Below are positions 8,269 to 18,800 of a stretch of DNA of 26,599 nucleotides, one piece after another. The stretch's first letter is position 1. Every line of letters starts with the position of its first letter. A model generated the notes under the pieces. It saw only the letters and a list, made by a program, of their open reading frames with translations. It ran no database searches and was not told the DNA's origin. The DNA is from a virus (Duplodnaviria > Caudoviricetes): the IMG/VR virus record IMGVR_UViG_3300017766_004882, positions 1 to 26,599 of that record. The stretch is one strand, 5' to 3'. The translations under genes and the position numbers were made by a program.

Positions 8269-9861
8269 TTAAAATTCCAGAATGATTTTAAAATCTTCTT
8301 TTTGTCTAAGACTTCTTGATACTGTTGGTCTATTATCGATATAAATTATATCTCCAGACTTACTATTTATCTGAGGTAAAGCAACGCCTGAAGTAAAATT
8401 AACCCCCAAATTTATAACTTTTGATCCTATTGTTGTTACAATACCACTAAATGAGGATACACTTCCAGAAAAATCTACTCCTTGAATAGATTCATTGCTT
8501 TGTTCACTATTTTGAAATTGTAAAATAGTATTAGTAGAATTTGAAAAATATGAGGATATTCCAGCAAAATCTACGTTGGTAGATCCACCACCACCATCAT
8601 AATATAAAGATCTATCCTGATAATATTTTAAAACTTTAGTTTCAGAATCATATGAAATGACATATCCATATGCTTTTCCATTGGATACATTTTGTGTTAT
8701 AATATCACCGACCGAAATATTTTGTTCATTTTGAATACTATTTGCAGCAAGTTGTATTGAATATGTATTAGAAAATTCATTAGATGTGTATAATGTTGTT
8801 CCAATACCCGAAGAATCGTATGTATATGGATTTTTCAAAATACCAATTTGGGCAAACTTAGTATCTATGGGAAATTGCTTTGATGTATCATCAAATCTAG
8901 CGTACACTAAAACTTTATCTGCACCTAATTCTTTGTAAAGGTCAAATCCATGACCTCTTGATGGTGGTATTATAGGTATTAATTCCGCTGCAGTTGCTGG
9001 GGTTCCCGTTGTCCCCAAATCTATTAAGGCATAAGTATAATTTTTACCACCAGTAGTAACAGTAACGTCAGAAATACTGTTATCACTTGGATTTATTTCA
9101 ATTAAAACAGTTCCATCAGATCCATCACCAACTATTTTGCAAGGCTGCCCCTCATTGGTGAGTGGATATCCAGATCCTGGGTTTTTAATGTACACTTTTT
9201 TAATCTGATTATTACTCAATGGAGAATTTCCATTTTCTCTTATTGCAGATATCTGTTGATCTTGACTTGATCCCCAATTATTTGGAACTGTAATGTACTC
9301 AGTAGAATCGAATTTAATTACATCACTTGGGGAGATTGTATAAAGATATTTCCAAACGTATCCATCTTCTAATTTTATTGGTTCTATGTCTGAAGAAGTT
9401 GGTTCTATTTGAGAGGAATTGCCAGTTGTATTAATTCCTGACGATCCATTATCAATACAAATATAAACTTCATAGGTTGAGTTAATCACATAATAATTTG
9501 CATCATATAATCTTAAAGAATTTGTTATTGGTGATGGATTTATAACACTATAATCCTGCCTATACATTTCATATTTTGTTCCACTAACCCAATCAATTTT
9601 TCTAATTACTCTCCTGATATTTGCATCAGATATTTTTTTTCCAAACAAAATTGTAGTTTTATTATGGTTATTATAATCAATATTATCTGTTGGTTGTGGT
9701 GTATTAGTATCCCAATTATCAGTTCTTCCAAATCCAATAGATCCTGGACTTGGATTTGCTAATCCAACAAAAACATAATAAGAATTAGACGAATTATTAA
9801 TCGAATCTACAAAATTAGAAGCATTAAGTATTCTAAATTGGTCCGTTACAATTGCAGACAT
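8269..9861 (-). CDS. gp8: Baseplate wedge subunit gp8-like, 530 aa
   Basis: W..GT.YEMYR.DY, YYVINSTYEVYICIDNG, DGYVWKYLYTI motifs; C-terminal SGDIIYIDNR...QKEDFKIILEF; synteny after gp7. Confidence 0.9.
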   Translation of the reverse strand: MSAIVTDQFRILNASNFVDSINNSSNSYYVFVGLANPSPGSIGFGRTDNWDTNTPQPTDNIDYNNHNKTTILFGKKISDANIRRVIRKIDWVSGTKYEMYRQDYSVINPSPITNSLRLYDANYYVINSTYEVYICIDNGSSGINTTGNSSQIEPTSSDIEPIKLEDGYVWKYLYTISPSDVIKFDSTEYITVPNNWGSSQDQQISAIRENGNSPLSNNQIKKVYIKNPGSGYPLTNEGQPCKIVGDGSDGTVLIEINPSDNSISDVTVTTGGKNYTYALIDLGTTGTPATAAELIPIIPPSRGHGFDLYKELGADKVLVYARFDDTSKQFPIDTKFAQIGILKNPYTYDSSGIGTTLYTSNEFSNTYSIQLAANSIQNEQNISVGDIITQNVSNGKAYGYVISYDSETKVLKYYQDRSLYYDGGGGSTNVDFAGISSYFSNSTNTILQFQNSEQSNESIQGVDFSGSVSSFSGIVTTIGSKVINLGVNFTSGVALPQINSKSGDIIYIDNRPTVSRSLRQKEDFKIILEF

Positions 9862-9880
9862 TTTAATGTGTTTTTTTCTA

Positions 9881-9888
9881 TATTTATA
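9881..9888 (-). promoter_or_regulatory. T4-type late promoter TATAAATA
   Basis: Plus strand TATTTATA in the 29-nt gp7/gp8 gap, 20 nt upstream of the gp8 ATG. Confidence 0.85.
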
Positions 9889-9890
9889 AT

Positions 9891-12800
9891 CTATTGAAGA
9901 GTCTTTACAAGAGCTCCAGTGCTTCTTAATCCATATCCTCTTCTTTGAATAGTTGGAAATGTAGTTAATCCTACATCAACAGTGTACTGAGAAACTCCTA
10001 TTGAAATTGGAGATGAGGAACGACTAAATCCTGATAATCTACCCCAAGAGAAATTACCTAGATAACTTCCTGTTGTTGCAATGCCAATAACTGGAGATGA
10101 AGAATGTACATTGCAAGTTATAATTCCAGAAGAGGCGCTAAAAGCATTGATATAATAAATATTGTCTAAAAATGTTGTTCCAACTCCAACAACGTTATTA
10201 TTACTATTAATAATAGATGTCGCTCCATTACCAACTTTAGTATTGAAAATATATATTGGATATCCAGTTGTTAGTCCAGAAAATCCTAAAGGAGATTGTA
10301 ATGTAAATCTAATTGCTAAATTAGTTCCTATTCCACTGGCAGTTTGAATACCAGTTATTTGACCAGAAAATCCTATAACACTAGAAACTGTATTTATTTT
10401 ATCAACAACTATACTAGGTGGTGGAACTAATACTTGAGGTGGGAAATTAGTACTATATCCAGATCCAACCTCACTAACACTAATTGAAGAAACTTCTCCA
10501 GAAGAAGAAATTATAGCAGTCGCTGATGCTGTTATTCCTACCCCAACAGGCGCAACAGGCGCAACAGGCTTAGATATACTCAGAGGCACTGATGAACTTG
10601 GAGTATACCCACTTCCACCATTGATAATGGTAAATGATAACGATCCGTCAACTTCTACATTAACACCAATTCTCGATGAAACTGTATTTTCCCTTCCAGA
10701 AACTATCAATGCGTCAAAATCAATATTAGCTTCAGATTCATAATTAAAAAACTCTGCATTATCTACAAATATCTCATCAGCATCTGAAGAAAAACTTCTT
10801 ATAATTTTTGCTGTTGGATAAACTTGAGTTTCTAAGGAATCTCTAGATTTGGAAACAAAATTTCCACCGATAATTCTATCAACTTTTTGCTTTGTCCAAG
10901 AAATCGGTTTTTCTTGATTAATATCTATACCTTGAAGATTATATAAATTAGTTTCAATTTTGTCCGCAGCAGATATTTCAAAAACTGTTCTAGGATTTTG
11001 TGTTGTAGTAATACCCAAATAATCATTATTCGAAAATACTTGGATAATATCTCCAGGTTTAATTGATTCTACAGCTTCAACAATAATACTATCCTCTGGA
11101 CTTCCTCTATAGAAAAATATTGAGATCTTATCTTGTTCTTTAGGTGCTTCAGTAAATGTAAATGAAGTTCCTCCCTTAAATTCATAAGCAACTCCAGGTT
11201 GTTGAAGAATACCATTTATAAAAATAACAAGTAATGAATTATAATCTATAAGGAGTGAATCGGGATCTGAATTATTTTTACTAAAACTTATTAAGTTATT
11301 GTTGTAAAATAGTGGAAATCTTTTTCTGGATCCATCTTGATATGGTTTTACGCTATCAATATAATCCAGTTGTCCAAATTGCCAACCAGCAAAATTATCG
11401 GTAAAGGTTTCTAATATAGTTAACTGAAAATCATAAACTGGACTAGATAAATTTTTGTCTGTAACTAATCCAACAGCTTTGATAACATCACCTTTTTTAA
11501 ATGCATACCCATTTCTAGAAATATTAAAGTTTTTCACTTCAAATAAAGTTGATCCAATTCCAGTAGTAGAACTTGCACCAACTTCTATATCCAATAGCAA
11601 TCCAATTCCAGACTCTGTAGTTTGTCCCACACTTACTCTAGAAACTCCAATTATTGGGAGATTACTATAACTTGGTGAAGGAATGTTAATAGTTGGATTT
11701 GTATAATTAGTTCCGCCTCCAACAATACTAAATGATAGTGATCCACCTGCACCAACAAGAGCAGTTATTGTTGCTGCAGTTCCAGAGTGTCCAGATTGTG
11801 TTACTGCTATTGAAACATTGCCCCTATACCCAGATCCCCAGTTTCCTGAGGTCCCTATACCAATTGAAGTAATTGATCCACCAGCACCAATTACTGCCGT
11901 TACAGACGCTCCTACAAGAGGAGCATACCCTAATCCAGGAGTAGATCCTAATGATATAATAATTCCACCTCTAGGCAATTGATTAACATTTACATCATAG
12001 TTTACTATTGCTTGATTTCCATTTGGAAATTTTACACCAGTAAAAACAATACTACTTACTCCAACATTGGTATCTTCGATCACCGAGTAATTAGTGCCTA
12101 TGTCTAAACTATTATTTTCTGTAGTTGGTGTTTGGAATATACCATTAATGAAAATAATTCCATTACCCGCTGAAGTAGTTCCTAATCCTACAGTATTTGC
12201 TCCGCCAACAGTTATTTTAAATGTTTGACCAATTCCAGTAAATTGATCTGAAAAATTATCAAAAATTTTATTATTTAAATAATTTTTTCTTAGAAAAACT
12301 CTTCCGTTAAAATCTGCAACATATGGTAAAATGTTACTCTCTTCAAAAAATGAAGAAACTCCTAAAGTAGATTTTAAAGAATCTGTGAAGAATATTTTAT
12401 TATTGGTTATATTATAAGATCCCCTATAGAGATATGCGGTACTTAGTCCACTATGAGATGTCGATGATGACCCAACAAATCCTCTTTTCACGTTAACTAA
12501 AGGAAATGTTCCAGCAAAAGAGATGGGTCCAGAAGAAGTAGTACCAAATCCAACATTTAAAACATCAACATATTCATCATCAATTTTTAAAATGTCATCT
12601 GGAAATACTGATGAAATTCCACTTAGTACAAAAATAGTTGTAGAGGACCCTACTGAATAACCAGCAAGATTATGATTAACTAATGAGTAAGCTATAGGAT
12701 ACTGAATTACTTCATTAATATTGATAATACTCTTATTGTTCCTATTTACCATTTCAAATTGGTGAGAAGTACCGCTACCAACACTGGTAAAAGTTACTCC

Positions 12801-15800
12801 AATTGCAGGAGTTGCTGTGGCATACTCTCTTCTTGTTGCAATTTTAAAATTGTCATTGTCTATTTTTATTGCATAGACAGTAGACGGTAATCTATTCGTA
12901 ACAACACCAACATTATTTAATGTTGATCCAATACCAACTGGAGATCCATTTGGATTATAATATAACTCTTCACCAGTGCTAAAGAAATGATTTACTATAC
13001 TAAAATTACCAGTAGAAAAATTCACCACAGAAGAATCTGATGGGTTAAAAGTTTTTGCAAAAATAGGTGTTCCTTGATAGTTTAATTCAAACCCTTCGGA
13101 AATATCTTCTTGACTATTAAACTCAAAACTAATATCATCTATTTCTAGTACTCTATTAGTTTTAGATTCAATATATCCCGCTAATTTTCTATTTTCAAAT
13201 TTTAAAAAGTTGGAAACATTTGAAACTACGTCAACATCATTAACTAAATCGTAATTATTAATAGTATCAACTCTATTTTCATTTACAAATTTATATACAA
13301 TACTGGTATTATTTTCTGTCCCTACTACATTAGTTGCTATGCCTACTTTAACACTAGAGACGATTTCCGTATCTGAAAAATTCTTTAATCCACTAATGTG
13401 TAATAAATTATTTACCGGACTTACAATCTCAGACCATTGCTTCGTACTTTTAACTGAATATGATAAACTTTGATAATAATCATTATCTGCAATAACTTGA
13501 GTATCGTCACTTAATTTACCAACATTATCCTTCCACCCTATATTTTTAAAATCACTATAGTTCACAATGAAATATCCAGAAGATTTTTCAATATCACTAA
13601 TAGTTCCAGTGGTTCCAGATTGAATACCTCTAATGATGTCGCCTATTTTTAAATCATATCTACCTGTTACTTTGATGTAGTTTTCATTTGACTCTAAAAT
13701 TTTTAAATCCTGAGCAAAAAATCCAAATCCAGAATTCACTTCTAAACTTTCACCATTTATAAAATCTGAAAATAATTTTTCTACAGAAAATTTAGGGTAA
13801 TTTTTGTAGTTTACCATTATTCCATTATATTCCAAATCAGATTTAGCAATTCCTGGATTTGTAGAAACTCCAGAAAAAGTCAACTGTCTTGGTATAGTAT
13901 ACAGGTAATTTTCTACTTTAAAGAACTTATATCCATAATCTTCAGAATTAAATCCATCTCCACTTGAACCTTCTCTTTGAATTCCCTCAACAAAAATTTC
14001 ATCCCCTACAGAGAATGGTTCTCCTAATTGAAACACTCCAGAAAGAGGTGTTCTTATAGTGCAACTAACAGTTCCTGAAGATATTCCAGATATACTATCA
14101 ATTTGTATTCCATTACTATTATTAATAGTTCTTAAGTCTACATTAGAAGTTGATAAAATTCTAGGTTCTTGCTCAATGCTCACTGACACAATAGATGATC
14201 CAGATAAATTTGCTACTAAAGCTCCGGAATTAATTTGATTACCAGTTTCGGGGTCAAATATTATAATATTTGGTGCTGTAGTAAAATTTTTACCACCATC
14301 TAACACTGAAATATTTGAAACTGTATACGAATTTTTAATTGATATTGATCTAGATAACAATGTACTAGGTCTTAATGTTTTATCTGATGGATATTCAAAT
14401 CCACCGTCTATGATTTCAATTCCTTTAAGATTGCCCGAAACTTTAGACTGTGGAATGATGTACGCATCAGTTCCATTCAAAGAATTTACTTTAGTAACAA
14501 CAGGCATAAATTTGTAATTGGATCCTGATGAAACGATTCTTATCCCCTTAATTCCACCACTTGCAGACGAAGATGCCGTACTGTATTCAAGTGTACTGCA
14601 ATCAGATTTTTGATATGAGTTCTTTTCTGGAGAATTGAATAATGATACTAAAAATGTTGTTGGTGTGGTGCTTTCTATTTCATAAGTTCCATCATAAGCA
14701 CTATTGATAAAATTAATTTTAGAATAATTATTAACTTCAGTATCAGGTTCAATAATAGATCCATCCTTCTCTATTGTATAATAGAGAGGATAAGTTATGT
14801 CGTTATTATAAACAATCTCTAGCGATGCATTTGCAGATCCTGGTAATCCAGTTTTGTTAACTGAAAATTCCGATGTAGATGACGTAGAAACAAATTCACT
14901 TCTAAATTTTTCATCATAAAATATTTTAAAGTTATATCCATTAAGAGAAATATCTGATAAATCAAATACTAGGTTATTGCCAGTTATAGGAGATAATGAT
15001 GGATTTACTAAACTTAAAGTATGTGTTGCTACTGGTGCGTTAGAGATATTAATAGTTAAAGGATCTTTATTGATAGAATCCTTTAAGGTTTCACAAAGTT
15101 TTATTGTATCACTATTAATTGTTAGAGCATAATAAATTCCAGTAGACAATCCAGATGCTATATTTGTCGAATTGTAAATTAATTTATCTCCTGTTTTAAA
15201 TCCATGATTATTAATAGTTATCTGACTGTTAGAAGTATTAATTCCAGATGATGAAAAATTAATTGGATTTGCAACTAACTTTTCAAACGTTGTATCATAC
15301 TTTATTTTAACAGCATTTGAAGTACCAATCCCCACAGAAAGATTGGGAATAACCTTAAGATTGACTTTATCCCCACTTGATAAATTATGATATGTAGATA
15401 TTGAAACCTGAACATCATACTTTTCGATACTAGCAAATATTTGTCTATAGTCTGTTCTAAATGAATATTGGAAATCGTTAGATCCAGAATTTATAAAATA
15501 TAATCCATTTGTAGTAGTTGTTAATCCAATTTGAGTAACAATTCCAATCTGACTATTTGATTTTTTAATAACGTATACAACCTGCTCATTTCCGCTTGAT
15601 GGTAAATTAAATGAAGCACTTCCAGAAGTATTAGCAACTGATATTGGTGAAGGGGCGTATAAAGTTACTTTTTGATTATTTTCAAAGGGATGGTCTGGTA
15701 AAAATATTGTTTGCGTTGGTACTGAAATATTAATTGTTTTTGATCCTATTGTGTAGGTATTATTAACTTGAGATCCTGATGTTGTTCCTACACCAATAGA

Positions 15801-18800
15801 TTGAGATGGATTGAAATAAACAATATCATTTTTTGAAGAATCAAAATACTGAACACTTTTATCAATTGTAAATTCATTTGGTAAAAATTCTACAATTGCA
15901 CTTGATGTATGATAAGTTCCAGGTCCTCTAGAAACTCTTATCACATTATCAGAATCGTATATATTGATAAGTTTAAATATTTCAGAATCTATCTTGATAG
16001 AACTTCCTACAGAAACACTTCTTGGTATTTGTGAGACATAGACATCTGTTACAATTCCAGATGATGAAATATCTGATAATAATGTTGAAGTAAATGATGT
16101 TACTCCTATCTTTTGTATACCATTTGCACTACTAATATCTGTTGACAATCCAGCAACATTAACCCTATCTAAATTATTCAAATAATGTGGCGAATTAAAT
16201 ATAAAACTCAATTGTGAATTATTTTTCCAAGTAACCAATACATTTTCATATTCTGTTGTTTGTGTTTGAATGCTTTCTATCGTTTTTCCAAAAATTTCGG
16301 ATATATTTGCAATTAGTCCGCCACCGCCAGTACCTGCCTCATCTACTACAAGATTATCATCAACTTTATAATCTTTTCCTGGATTAATGATATTAAAACT
16401 ATCAATTTTTCCACTTTCAACTGCTGAAACAATAGTTTGAGGATTTGAATATTGATTAGGATTAATAATAAAATCATTTCCCTGGTTTATGTTGTATGGG
16501 AAAGTATTTCTTACTAAATTTGAATTATTAAAATCAAAAGATTGATCTAAGGATTGATTTTCTTCAATAAATTTAGATCTATACTCATTACCAACAAAGT
16601 AAGGAAAACTTGGGACATTATCATCGTTGTCGTTTATTTTTGAAGTTGCAAAATATGCATAAACACCGTTTGGAAACTCTGGAGTTACACAAAATCTACC
16701 ATTATATTCATCAAGATCTCCAGAATTTGTAAATTGATAATCCTGAATGAAAAATCCATCAGAAAATATAGAAGTAGATGGTCTATTTAATACTTCACCT
16801 GAATTTAATTCATATCCAGAATGTAATTTTATTATTTGCGAATCTTTATCTTTAGGATCTTCATATCCATATGATCCATATATTGGATTACCATCATAAG
16901 CCCATCCAATAATTGGTGAGTGTTTAAATATGTCATCATATATATCAATATCATCACCAAAAATATTTTGAATTTTTTCAGAATATGAAGATATTAGATA
17001 TTGTAAATTATTTTTAGATGAAAGAATTATTTCACCATCAGTGGCATTATATAATAGATTATTATCAACTGTTAGATCTCTAACTTGCGGATCTAAAATT
17101 GCATTTTTTCCACTAGATTTAACCACTAATTTAGTATTTAAAGTAGAATACCCATATCCACTATTAATAATGACTACTCTGGTTATCTTATTGTCTTCAA
17201 CTATAGGGCGTAAAATTGCACCAATTCCATCACCGATGACTTCAATTTCTGGAGTAGAATAATACTCAGAACCTCCAAATAGAATTGAAACACTTATAAT
17301 TTTTCCATCAATAATAACAGGACTTAACTGAGCATTTCTTCCATTTTTAATTGAAATTGATGGTTTTTTGTGATAGTTTAATATTGTTGACCCATAATTA
17401 GATCCTCCATCATAAACATAAGTGCCAACAATTTCTCCCGTTACAATTGGAGTGGAAACTATAGATCCTTTAGTTTGAGTACTTCCAATTCCAGATGTGC
17501 TATAACTTACATCTAAAACAATATCTGGGTATTTAAAAATATGATTTTCACTTCCTGTTGTTTCAAATTTAACATATTTACCTCTCTCATAGTTAGTAGT
17601 TATAGTTGCACCTACTCCAGCATCAGATAATTTGAAATTATTTTCATCTATCTTATGAATATAATATTGATTTGAAGTACTTAGTCCAGATATTGATGTT
17701 CCAGTATTTAAGTATGAGACTATATCACCTTGTTTAAACCCATGATTTTCAAAAGAAATTGTTGAATTTACTGTAGAAACTCCAACAGAAGAAACTATGA
17801 GTTTTCTATTTTCATATCCAGAACCACCATTAATGACTTTAATCCCAGTTAATGAATTTTTTAAAGTATAAAATCTATGAATTCCTGAAGTTCCAATAGT
17901 TGTAAATCCAACTGTATTAATTCCTGATTTATAGTCAGATATTGATGGATATAATTGAATAGTTGCATCGTTCACATATTTTGCAACATAATCTACATCT
18001 TTTTTCAGTGATAATTGTGTATTTGCATTTGATTGTCCAAACGATCCGATACCTAAAGGAATATTGTTTATTGGGTCATATGAAATGATCTGTCCATCTA
18101 CTAGCCCATGCGAAGTTTCAAACGTAATTGTCTCATTACTAACGTCTACTCCACCACCTGAAGATAGTTGTCTCGCATCAAAACTAATATCTCTTCTTTT
18201 TCTCTCAACCACTGGTTCAAAAGATGCACCAGATCCATTACCTCCAACTAGGTTTATGGAAACTACAATATCAACATCAAACTCTTGAGGATCAACATAA
18301 ACTTTTTTGAAAGATCCTCTAACAATTGGTTGAACCAGAGCACTACCTTGATTAACCGTTATCAGTGGTGGATTAATTACATCATAATCTTCACCACCGT
18401 TCAAAACATTAACTGACTTTAGTGGCCCATAATAAACTTTATGATCTGATTTATAATTTAAAATTTCAACTCCATTAGATAATAATCCAATTTTTCCAAT
18501 CTTAGTTACATTTGAATTCTTTTCAGACAAATTCGGAGAAATTGGAAATTTTCTAAGTATTTTTTGAGGGGAAACAATATTTTCTTTCTGAGAAAATAAA
18601 ATAAACTTATGAGTTCCCGCTGTTAAATCGCCAAAATATACATTACTGGAATTTTCTATTCCAAATTTTGATGAATATAATTTTACTTTAGTTTTACCAT
18701 TTAAAACCTGAGCAAAATATATTCCAGAACTTAATCCTGGAATTGCTGATTCTGATGGACTATAATAAATTTGCGATCCAGTTAAAAATGATACCTCTTC

